A DNA stretch of 64,000 nucleotides from positions 64,001-128,000 of the forward strand of contig JAXHVD010000002.1 of NCBI GenBank assembly GCA_034189385.1. Reading direction: 5' to 3'. The stretch comes from Thermodesulfobacteriota bacterium. Its GTDB lineage: Bacteria > Desulfobacterota > Desulfobacteria > Desulfobacterales > C00003060. How positions within the stretch are numbered: position 1 is the stretch's first letter; each line of letters opens with the position of its first letter. Position numbers and translations under genes: made by a program. Of this stretch, positions 9,844 through 18,791 are shown piece after piece. The notes under the pieces were generated by a model. The model did not search any database. It was not told where the DNA came from and was given only the letters and a program-made list of their open reading frames with translations.

Positions 9844-10761
9844 ATGAAAGTAGCCGTTTATCAGACGAGCCCGGTCCTATTGGATGTGAAGGCCAACCTG
9901 GAAGGTGTGATTTCTAAGATCCATGAGGGTCGAGAAAAGGGGGCCAGGCTCATCGTGTTCCCTGAGCTGGCCCTCACAGGGTATTTCGTGGGGCAAAGAT
10001 ATCACGAAGTGGCTCTGAGGCTGGATTCTCCAGAGATCAAGAAACTAGCATCTGCTACAAAAGGCACGGCGGCCGTAGTGGGCTTTATCGAGGAATCCCT
10101 CTCTATGAACTTTTACAACTCTGCCCTTGTGGCCGTAGACGGAGAGATCTTTTTTGCGTACCGCAAACTCAACCTGCCCAACTACGGTGTCTTTGAGGAG
10201 CGGAAATACTTCGCCCATGGAAAACAGGTTCCTGTATTGAGACTCCTCGGCTTTAATATTGCTGTGTTCATCTGCAATGATCTCTGGCATCCCTCCCTGC
10301 CGTATCTCGGAGTGTGCCAAAAGGCAGACATCTTTGTGACGATCTTCAGCTCGTCACAGGGTTCCATGGGGGATGAATTCAGCAATATCGAAAGCTGGTC
10401 CATCATCGACAGTTTCTATTCGCGCATTTTTGGCATATATAATATCTGTGCCAACCGGGTGGGAGAAGAATGCTATGAAGAGAGGCGGTCTTCGGTCATC
10501 TATGAAACTGACGGGGCAGATTCAGCAGAGGCCCCATTTCAGATGTTCCAGGATACCACTTTCCGGTTCTGGGGGGGCAGTGAGATCATCAACCCTTTTG
10601 GCAACCCTATTGCAAAGGCTGCGCTTTACGAGCCGGACCAAATCTTCGGAGAGATTTCAAGAGACCTCCTCCGTCGAAAAAAGATCATGCTTCCCTACCT
10701 CAGAAATGATGATCCCTACTTCACCCATCGTGAGCTTCAGCGCATTTTGTATGGAAACTAG
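9844..10761 (+). CDS. Carbon-nitrogen hydrolase (nitrilase family), resembling the glutaminase domain of Gln-dependent NAD synthetase
   Basis: E-K-C triad: FPEL, YRKLNLPNYGVFEE, ICNDLW. Confidence 0.85.
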   Translation: MKVAVYQTSPVLLDVKANLEGVISKIHEGREKGARLIVFPELALTGYFVGQRYHEVALRLDSPEIKKLASATKGTAAVVGFIEESLSMNFYNSALVAVDGEIFFAYRKLNLPNYGVFEERKYFAHGKQVPVLRLLGFNIAVFICNDLWHPSLPYLGVCQKADIFVTIFSSSQGSMGDEFSNIESWSIIDSFYSRIFGIYNICANRVGEECYEERRSSVIYETDGADSAEAPFQMFQDTTFRFWGGSEIINPFGNPIAKAALYEPDQIFGEISRDLLRRKKIMLPYLRNDDPYFTHRELQRILYGN

Positions 10762-10923
10762 ACGGTCATCAAATTCCCGTTTCCGTGTCTCACTTGCCTG
10801 CGCCCATTTCACCACATAGGGGTAGTGCCCTTTCTTGTCAACAAGTCTCGCTGAACAGGCCTTTGAGTCCACGGCACCTGCTATGGTGGCGTCTTCGCGC
10901 CTCATGACCAGCCGTGACTCAGC

Positions 10924-10953
10924 TTGACAACTTGTCGCTGATTGATGTACAAT
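10924..10953 (+). promoter_or_regulatory. Sigma70-like promoter upstream of the hybrid kinase
   Basis: TTGACA, 18-bp spacer, TACAAT. Confidence 0.5.
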
Positions 10954-11113
10954 AATGCGAAATAACGACGAATTCAAATGGGAAGGCCCTGTGATAGACA
11001 AGAAATCCCCGTGTATGGAAGGAGTGTTCAAGGTGCTCGGAGTTTCGTTTTTTTCAGGGAGCAACTGGTAGGAATTTTCCCACGGGAGTGATGGTATTGC
11101 TATCTGCATACCG

Positions 11114-13009
11114 TTGAAAAGGGATCAATCCATGGAACAGGTTCAAGTGCTTAACGTGGCCATCGTGGGTGGGGGCCCGGGATGCAAGGCAATCATGAAC
11201 ATGATGTTTGCCGAAAAGTTGAGCCAGCTTCGGATGAAGCTCATTGGAGTGGCATGCACGAATCCTAGGGCTGAAGGTTACTGCTACGCCCAGGAAAAGG
11301 GCCTCTATACAACGAGAGACTATCGTGATCTATATGGGCTGGAGGACCTTGGTTTGATCATTGAGCTGACCGGTCGTGATGACGTTGCCAACGAGATCGG
11401 TCGAACCAAGCCTGACCATGTGCGACTTATTGACCACGTGGCTGCCCGCCTTTTCTGGGACGTCTTCCAGATCGAAGAGGAGAGATTAAAAGACCGGAAG
11501 CAGGCACAGGCGGCCCTTGAGAAGGCCGAGAAGGAAAAGGTGACCATCCTCGATAACCTGGTGGAGCATGTCATACGTGGGGATAGGGACATGAAGATCC
11601 TCTGGGCAAACAGGGCTGCATGTGCCTCAGCTGAGTTGGCTCGCGAGGAATTGATAGGGCGCCATTGTTATGAGATATGGGCCAAGCGTAGCACCCCCTG
11701 TCCCGACTGTGCCGTTGTGAAGGCCATGGAGACTGGTCTTCCACAGGAAGTGCAAAAGACCACCCCAGACGGGAGAACTTGGTCTATAAAGGGTTATCCA
11801 GAGCGGGATGAACGTGGCCATATCGTGGGGGGTATCGAAGTCACACTGGATATTACTGAGTCGAAGCGTCTAGAAGAACAGTTCCAAGAGGCCCAGAGGT
11901 TGGAGGCTATTGGCACGCTTGCTGGAGGCATTGCCCATGATTTCAACAACCTTCTCATGGGGATCCAGGGGCGAGCCTCTTTGATGTTGATGGATATGGA
12001 TTCTAATCATCCACACTCTGAACATTTGAGCGGGATAGAGGATGCAGTAAAGAGGGGAGCCCATCTTACCAAACAGCTTTTGGGATTTGCCCGCGTTGGC
12101 AAATACGAGGTCAGGCCGACAGACCTGAACGATCTGATTGGAAAAAGCTCTGAGATGCTGGGTCGAGCCAAAAAAGAGATAAAGATTCGCAGGAAATACC
12201 AGAAAGACATCTGGACAGTGGAGATAGACAGGGGGCAGATAGAGCAGGTATTGGTGAATCTTTATGTGAATGCATGGCAGGCCATGCCCGAGGGCGGGGA
12301 TCTATACCTTGAGACCAAGAATGTCAAGCTTGATACAGATGATGCGAGGGCTTTCGACGTAGAGCCTGGCCATTATGTGAAGATATCGACGACAGACTCC
12401 GGAACCGGTATGGATGAGGCGACACGGCAGAGGGTGTTTGAGCCGTTCTTTACCACCAAGGAGCTGGGAGTGGGGACAGGCCTGGGGCTTGCCTCTGCTT
12501 ACGGTATCATCAAGAATCATGGAGGCGTCATTAGTGTAGATAGCGAACTAGACTACGGGACCACATTTAACATCTATTTGCCGGCCTCGGAGAAGGAGAT
12601 ACGAAGAGAGAAGGAGCCGCCGGGAGATGTCGTCAAGGGTACAGAGACAGTGCTTCTTGTAGACGACGAGGCCATGATCATGGACGTGGGCAAGGAGATG
12701 CTCACAGCATTGGGCTACAGGGTCATTGAAGCGAAAAACGGAAAACAGGCAGTAGAGCTATACGAGGAGAACCAGGACAAGATTGATATCGTGATCCTGG
12801 ACTTGATCATGCCGGATATGGATGGTGGCAAGGTATATGACAGATTGAAGGAGATGAACCCTAAGATCAAAGTGCTGCTTTCAAGCGGATACATCAGGGA
12901 CGACCGGGCGAACGGGATAATTGAACGGGGCTGTGACGGGTTTATTCAGAAACCCTTTGATGTGAAAGAGCTCTCCGGCAGATTGAGAGAGATTCTGGGG
13001 ACGAAATAG
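11114..13009 (+). CDS. Hybrid sensor histidine kinase (Rossmann-like N-domain, PAS, HisKA, HATPase, receiver)
   Basis: VAIVGGGPG; PAS with CY..C..C; AHDFNN H-box; GTGLGL; C-terminal receiver (VDDE, DLIMP, KPF). Confidence 0.9.
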   Translation: MKRDQSMEQVQVLNVAIVGGGPGCKAIMNMMFAEKLSQLRMKLIGVACTNPRAEGYCYAQEKGLYTTRDYRDLYGLEDLGLIIELTGRDDVANEIGRTKPDHVRLIDHVAARLFWDVFQIEEERLKDRKQAQAALEKAEKEKVTILDNLVEHVIRGDRDMKILWANRAACASAELAREELIGRHCYEIWAKRSTPCPDCAVVKAMETGLPQEVQKTTPDGRTWSIKGYPERDERGHIVGGIEVTLDITESKRLEEQFQEAQRLEAIGTLAGGIAHDFNNLLMGIQGRASLMLMDMDSNHPHSEHLSGIEDAVKRGAHLTKQLLGFARVGKYEVRPTDLNDLIGKSSEMLGRAKKEIKIRRKYQKDIWTVEIDRGQIEQVLVNLYVNAWQAMPEGGDLYLETKNVKLDTDDARAFDVEPGHYVKISTTDSGTGMDEATRQRVFEPFFTTKELGVGTGLGLASAYGIIKNHGGVISVDSELDYGTTFNIYLPASEKEIRREKEPPGDVVKGTETVLLVDDEAMIMDVGKEMLTALGYRVIEAKNGKQAVELYEENQDKIDIVILDLIMPDMDGGKVYDRLKEMNPKIKVLLSSGYIRDDRANGIIERGCDGFIQKPFDVKELSGRLREILGTK

Positions 13010-13208
13010 GCGTGTAAGGTCGGCCCAGACAATGAGAGGCGTGGGGGGGGGGCATTGCTCCTACTGGGCTTGAAAGGTATCGTTTTTTCAAGGCCCACTG
13101 GGGGTTGTGCAAAAGGCTTTCACCGTGTAAAAAGAATCCCTTTGCCTCTGTAGGATGAAGCCAAGGGCGGGTCCCCTGGTACTGGTTTTTGTTCCGTCCG
13201 TTTCAGTG

Positions 13209-13253
13209 AAAAAAGAGAGGGGCAACCAGGGGGGGGTGGTTTCTGGTTGCCCC
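13209..13253 (-). terminator. Rho-independent terminator (minus strand)
   Basis: 11-bp stem GGGGCAACCAG/CTGGTTGCCCC followed on the minus strand by TCTCTTTTTT. Confidence 0.6.
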
Positions 13254-13808
13254 AGTTGAGAGAGGAGGTACTCAGGGGTAAATGATCTAATGAGCCGCGC
13301 GTATTTCTTCAGCAAGACCTTCGCAAGCCAACAGGGTGCAGGCCGTTGAGATGATGCAAAAAGTCTTTCATGGTTTTCCTGCGTTTGCCATGCTGCCAAT
13401 GGGATTAACCATAGACGCAGAAGGATTGGCCAAGTTTGCGTTCTATTCAATTCTTGGAAACTAGCCGGCGCTTCCACAAACCAGGTTTCCCCATTGACAA
13501 GCAGGGCAGACAACAAACGATAGCCAGCCCTGTGAAGAACCGAAGGCCGGTGTGTTCTCTTTTCTGGTAACCTTCCATTTCCATGGCCCGTTCATCCAAC
13601 CTTCTGGGGCTGGCCTCTTGTCAGGGTTGTAAAAAGCCCCCTTCCGCTGTGTGATTGCCGGCCAAGATTGCGCAATGGACGTCTGGGCTTGCGGCAGTTA
13701 GGGGGGGGCATGCTGTAAAGTGCTGCGTAACAGAGTCGTCTTGACTCAAGGCTTTGCTGTTCTTTATCGTCGCCACTGGCGGAGGTAGAGAACTTGGTCT
13801 TCATGAAT

Positions 13809-14072
13809 TCACTTAGGCCTCCCTTGGCAGAATGGACAAGCGCCAAATTCTGCTCTGTTAAACCACGTTGCACAGAGAGGGCATTCCCCGGCAGGTAAAT
13901 GGCTGGCCTCGGGCCTTTTTGTCTGAGGCCGTCTGTGGTGTCCCCGTCTCCACTTTTTCCCGGGGGTCACGGCAAGGCCACAGCCGCAAGCGCAGGTTTC
14001 CGTGGCTGCCTCCTTTCTCCGTTGAAACGTCTGTTCTCTGACCTGTTGCGGGGATTTCATCGTCTTTCCCAT
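13809..14072 (-). CDS. Small basic Cys-rich hypothetical protein (CACGCG and two CxxC), phage-like
   Basis: 87 aa; CACGCG....WRRGH, CPLC, CPFC zinc-ribbon-like motifs. Confidence 0.45.
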   Translation of the reverse strand: MGKTMKSPQQVREQTFQRRKEAATETCACGCGLAVTPGKKWRRGHHRRPQTKRPEASHLPAGECPLCATWFNRAEFGACPFCQGRPK

Positions 14073-14183
14073 TGCCGCTTACATAAAACTCGGCTTTGTA
14101 AACACATTCTTGTGAGGACAAAGTCTATAAGTTCAAACTAACAAGTATATAAATAATGAAAAATTAATACTTTGTCAATCAAA

Positions 14184-14213
14184 TTAGTTTAAATTATATA
14201 TAATTAATACTAA
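14184..14213. promoter_or_regulatory. AT-rich 30-bp imperfect palindrome (operator-like)
   Basis: TTAGTTTAAATTATATATAATTAATACTAA, 26/30 self-complementary with a perfect 14-bp core. Confidence 0.5.
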
Positions 14214-14648
14214 CTACCTATATGTGGTACTGCTCGTCCCTTGTCCATACCCAATATGGTCAGGAACCCTCGTAACCCATAAAAAAGATCACGCTGTGTC
14301 CGGTAATGGAGGGCAAGACCGGGGCGAAGAAGAGACAAGGTCGGGCCAAGGAGGTGAGGAAAAGGTGCAGATGGGCAGACTCCGAGCTTTTCCAAACGGT
14401 TACCCTTCATGTCAGGCAGGACTTGACCTGTTCTTTGTCTCCCTATAGGTTGATTGCAGAGGGCATTTGCCTCTCTGATGAGCCAGTGAAGATCTTGCTT
14501 TTTCCTGAGAGGTGGGGGGCTGATATATAGGCGAAGGCCGAAGTCCAGCATATACAGAAGATCCTGATGTCGGCTTCTGCCGGTAGGACAGAAAATTCGA
14601 TTTTTTGAGGTCTTACGAGACCATCTTTGTTGATTCTCTGCGTGCCAT

Positions 14649-15248
14649 TTGGCGTCTAATAAGGTGAATGAGGATATCCTGGATGAGAAGAGGCTCGTCT
14701 CCTTGCTAAAACAAGGGCAGGAGGAAGGATTTCGCCTGCTTGTTCGACAGTATCAAGCCAGCCTCCTCAAAATAGCCTATGGTATTACCCTAGACAGAGA
14801 AGAAAGCCTGGATATCATACAGGAAGTCTTTCTCAAGGTGTACAACAACATCCAAACCTTCAGAGAAGCATCGAGGCTTTCCACGTGGCTCCATCGCATT
14901 ACTGTCAACCAGTGCCTTAACTGGAGGAGAAAATGGAAGCGGAGGTTCAGGTGGCATCATAAATCCATTGATGAAGAGGGGCTGTTTGACCACCCCGCCT
15001 TGGGAACGAGCGATTATGATCCGGAGATCCTCTACCAGAACAGGGAGATGAGAGAAACGCTTTTGGCTGCCCTGAAAAAGCTCCCCAAAGAGGCAAGGGC
15101 CGTGTTTGCATTGAGGGAACTGGAAGGTCTTTCCTACGATGAGATTGCCAAGGTGTTGAACATCAAAAAAGGAACGGTCAGTTCCCGGCTCTTTCACGCG
15201 CGCAAGATGCTAAGACAGGGGCTGAAGCCTCATCTCGAACAAGTGTGA
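14649..15248 (+). CDS. ECF RNA polymerase sigma factor (start possibly GTG at 14664)
   Basis: Region 2 (DIIQEVFLK, STWLHRI) and region 4 (LSYDEIA..L....GTVSSRL.HAR). Confidence 0.92.
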   Translation: MASNKVNEDILDEKRLVSLLKQGQEEGFRLLVRQYQASLLKIAYGITLDREESLDIIQEVFLKVYNNIQTFREASRLSTWLHRITVNQCLNWRRKWKRRFRWHHKSIDEEGLFDHPALGTSDYDPEILYQNREMRETLLAALKKLPKEARAVFALRELEGLSYDEIAKVLNIKKGTVSSRLFHARKMLRQGLKPHLEQV

Positions 15249-15526
15249 TCAAACAACAAGGGGGCAATATGTGACAAACTCTTTTACATGACAAAGCGCA
15301 TCTGTTATGACCAAACTGAGTCTGGGAAGGCTTTGGACAACCCCTTCTGACTTGGTTCTGTGTAACCTTTTTGATCTGCCAGGGCGGACCGCTCATCCCG
15401 ACGGAGTCGGGAATGGGTACCACAAAAAACCCACAATGGACGTTCGAAAGAGTTGTGGAAGGGTCTCTCTGGGACAATGGGGCGCTCTATTCTTACGTAC
15501 CTGCGTGCGTTCGACAGGGGAACTGG

Positions 15527-15976
15527 ATGGCACTCAAAAGACTCAACTATTTGGTTTTATTAGTTATTATTGGGGCTATATGGCCAGTTGCTCTGTGGGC
15601 AAGGGGCAATATTGCCATTGATGTCAAGACGGTGCTGGCATCTCAGAAATCGGAAGACTTGGATCCCAGGTTATCGTCCTTAGTAAAGGAACTCCAGTCT
15701 GTGTTCCGATATTCTTCATACCGGCTTCTAGGTGAGGACCGTGTAGATCTGACCATGAAAGAGACCGGTACCGTTTTCCTGCCTGGAAATCGGGTCCTAA
15801 AGATGACCCCTATGAAGATTGCAGGAGATAGAATTGAACTAAAACTTGTCATCCTGAAGAAAAAAAAGCAGATATTCGAAACCCTCATCAAACTTCTGAA
15901 CCACACAAGCCTTACCGTGGGAGGACCCAAGCACCAAGACGGTGTTCTCCTCTTTAACATTTCCGCCTCCTTCTAG
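15527..15976 (+). CDS. Secreted or membrane-anchored hypothetical protein in the ECF locus
   Basis: N-terminal hydrophobic signal followed by a beta-rich domain; lies between sigma and anti-sigma genes. Confidence 0.7.
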   Translation: MALKRLNYLVLLVIIGAIWPVALWARGNIAIDVKTVLASQKSEDLDPRLSSLVKELQSVFRYSSYRLLGEDRVDLTMKETGTVFLPGNRVLKMTPMKIAGDRIELKLVILKKKKQIFETLIKLLNHTSLTVGGPKHQDGVLLFNISASF

Positions 15977-16462
15977 TCTCCTGCCAAGGGGCCAAGGCAG
16001 CCGAATAATTGGGCTGTTACCCAAAGAAAAAACCCTTTCAGTGGTTTATTGAAGCGTTTTTTGTGAACAAATTTTGGCAAAGCGCAAGACAAGCGATGTC
16101 AACTCGTTGAGCCTGCAAGGCAAGTATAGCGCAAAGGTTGCGCCTGACGGCTTGAAGAGCGCCACGACATGCGACATCGCCTGAAGGGAGCCTTGGTCGT
16201 CAATTGAGGCTTCAGAACAGACGAAAAGGAATTTGGGCAACAGCCCGACACGGGTGACCCCGTCGCACAAAGACAGAACCCCAATGGAGTGAAAACGATC
16301 TTTCATCCTTTGGACCAATCCACAGCAAGGCTCTGTGCAAACACCATGTGACACTCATGAAGCCTCCAGCCCCGTTCACAAATCTCTTTTTCGAGTGAGT
16401 TTTTTTAAAAGACCGGTGTCTAATAGAATAGAACGCCACATCTGTGAGGCAAAAGGACGATT

Positions 16463-16954
16463 ATGAGCCGAAATATGTGTGATGAGGAGTTGTTAAGCCG
16501 CTTTTTTGATCAGGAACTCGGACCGGAGGAGTCTGTCCATATGAGGGAACACGTGGATCATTGTGCTTCCTGTCAAAAAGCCCTTCAAGAGAATCAGACC
16601 CTCTCAGTCCAGTTTAAAACTGGTTTGGATCAAGGGCTTTCTGGTGTTGACCTTGGAAAGATTGAAAAAAACGTAATCGCGGTGATCTGTAGACAAGACG
16701 TCCAGTGGTGGATGGGACTGAGGGATCTGCTTTTTTCCAAAAGATTCTTTTTCCCTGCCGCAGCCATGGCCGTTGCGCTTCTCTTCTTCACATTGTTCAA
16801 ACCGCCGGCATCTATACCGGGCCCCAGCGCTATCGTAAGCTCTTTCGAGGGCGATGTGGCATCTGTCATGATCTTGGAGACACCAGAATCGCACCAGACC
16901 ATCCTCTGGATTAGCGAGAATGTGACTTCTGCCGGGGACAATGGCAATGGATAG
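16463..16954 (+). CDS. Zinc-finger (zf-HC2/ZAS) anti-sigma factor with one TM helix
   Basis: HVDHCASC (HxxxCxxC) motif followed by a TM segment. Confidence 0.85.
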   Translation: MSRNMCDEELLSRFFDQELGPEESVHMREHVDHCASCQKALQENQTLSVQFKTGLDQGLSGVDLGKIEKNVIAVICRQDVQWWMGLRDLLFSKRFFFPAAAMAVALLFFTLFKPPASIPGPSAIVSSFEGDVASVMILETPESHQTILWISENVTSAGDNGNG

Positions 16955-17065
16955 TGCTGAAACAATGGTTGATCTTTTGGCATGAAGCCTTTACATGCCA
17001 CCTCATGGGATGAGGTGGCGTGACAAGAGTTAATGGACTCAAAAAAATCTCTGTAAAGGAGGAAA

Positions 17066-17527
17066 ATGGAGCTTATGAAGAAGAGAGTATTGCTCGTGTT
17101 GATGGTTTCAGGCTTGGGCGTGGCCTTTCTATTTGCCGGTGTCTATGCCACGCAACAGGCGCCTGACAATGTCACCATGCATTCACCGGTCTTTGAAGAG
17201 CACAAGAAGGCCCTCGTGACATTTACCCACAAGAAACACAATGTGGACTACAAGATCGCCTGCGCAGACTGCCATCATGTGTACAAAGATGGGAAGAATG
17301 TGTGGAAAGAGGGTGATGAAGTCAAGAAATGCATGGCCTGTCACAGCGAGGCCAAGGCCCCAAAGCCAAAGGAAGGTGCGCCCAAGCTCAGCAAGGCAGA
17401 AAAGATCAAGAAGTACTACTACTCAGCCATACATGAAAACTGCGTGGGCTGTCACAAGGCCTTAAAGAAAGAAGCGAAGCCTACAGGTCCCACGGCCTGT
17501 AAGGAGTGTCATCCCAAGAAGCAGTAA
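17066..17527 (+). CDS. Tetraheme class III cytochrome c3
   Basis: Signal peptide, VTFTHKKH, and four heme motifs CADCHH, CMACH, CVGCH, CKECH. Confidence 0.92.
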   Translation: MELMKKRVLLVLMVSGLGVAFLFAGVYATQQAPDNVTMHSPVFEEHKKALVTFTHKKHNVDYKIACADCHHVYKDGKNVWKEGDEVKKCMACHSEAKAPKPKEGAPKLSKAEKIKKYYYSAIHENCVGCHKALKKEAKPTGPTACKECHPKKQ

Positions 17528-17543
17528 CGCTCAAAGACTAAGG

Positions 17544-17580
17544 ATAGGGTGGGGGTCCCTTACGGACCTTACCCTATTTT
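17544..17580 (+). terminator. Rho-independent terminator after cytochrome c3
   Basis: ATAGGGT..GGTCC / GGACC..ACCCTAT hairpin followed by TTT. Confidence 0.6.
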
Positions 17581-17743
17581 CTGGAATCATCTGTGGCGGT
17601 AGCGCGCCAAACTAGGGGTGTCGCCCATAAACGTGGTCAGAACATCGTCTTAGGCCCATGATCTTAATGCTACCATGGTGCTGGCATCAGACAGGAAGAC
17701 AGGCTTGACGTGCCAATCAATGATCACAGGTGAGCAGACAGCG

Positions 17744-18628
17744 TTACAAGACCCCGCGGTAAAACGCCAGTTGTCTTGCATGGGGTTCGAATCGCCGGGC
17801 GAGATCCGATTTTTCCTTGGCACTGAGGGGTTCTTCTTTTCGACCTGCCTGTGCCAGTGTCTTGACCTCCTCTATAGTTGAACAGCCAACAATAACGACC
17901 GTTGTGTCGTAGGACAGGGCGCATCTGATGAGTTCTTCTGGTGTGGTCTCTAACTGGGGATGGATGTAATAAGAGGCACCCAGGACTTTCATGGCGATGA
18001 CGGCCCTGCCCTTTTTTTGGGCTGCAGGGAAGGTTGAGGTGAGAAAACCGCCAAGCACGACTTCCACCGGGTTGACGGGCATCATCACTGTATCTACTGG
18101 CCACTCGATAACCGCCCTGGTTAAGACGGCAGGGTCATGATGCCCGGTGACCCCAATGAAACGGACCTTGCCAGAGGCTTTGGCTTCCACAAAGGCTTCT
18201 AGGGCCCCGCCAGGGCCTGAGATGACGTTTAGATCCTCATCAGTTCTCAGGTCATGAATCTGCCACAAATCCAGATAACTGGTTCCCAGGCGATCAAGCG
18301 TGCTTTCAAGGTCTCTCAAGGCCCCTTGGCGATCCCGGCTCGCCGATTTGCTGGCCTGGAAGATCCTGGTCCGCTCATCAGGAAACTCCCGCCAAACAGA
18401 ACCATAATAGACTTCGCTATCGGCGTAAACATGGGCTGAGTCAAAGTAGGTGATGCCCTGGGCGATGGCCTCCTGGATGACCGTCCGGGCCTGGTCGATC
18501 TTTCCATAGGTACGCAGGATCCCTTCACCGCCCAACCCGATTGCCGTGACCTTTTGACCTGTTACGCCGAATGGTCTCATTGGCATAGCCGTACCGCCCA
18601 TGGCCCCCTCCTCTGCAGAGAAATCCAT
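17744..18628 (-). CDS. Aldo/keto reductase
   Basis: GLGG, GITYFDSA.VY, YLDLWQIH, GKVRFIGVTGH. Confidence 0.9.
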   Translation of the reverse strand: MDFSAEEGAMGGTAMPMRPFGVTGQKVTAIGLGGEGILRTYGKIDQARTVIQEAIAQGITYFDSAHVYADSEVYYGSVWREFPDERTRIFQASKSASRDRQGALRDLESTLDRLGTSYLDLWQIHDLRTDEDLNVISGPGGALEAFVEAKASGKVRFIGVTGHHDPAVLTRAVIEWPVDTVMMPVNPVEVVLGGFLTSTFPAAQKKGRAVIAMKVLGASYYIHPQLETTPEELIRCALSYDTTVVIVGCSTIEEVKTLAQAGRKEEPLSAKEKSDLARRFEPHARQLAFYRGVL

Positions 18629-18791
18629 GTTGACATCCCATTCTTCAGATTATAACAGTACTATATCAAAACGATTTTTCAAATTGCATAGGGATAGAGG
18701 CTGGAAAAGCCCTTTCTCGCCTCCGGCTTCACAGGACAAGCACAGCCCGTCATGGGAGAGGCTGGGGTGAGTTGAAGGATGGAGGGGAGAT

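Noticed and set aside
13088..13516. 142-aa minus-strand ORF
   Set aside because: TTG start without RBS, runs through a terminator hairpin and a G-tract, and has no motifs.
14210..14551. Overlapping short ORFs on both strands upstream of the ECF sigma gene
   Set aside because: No recognisable motifs and no basis for choosing a real frame.
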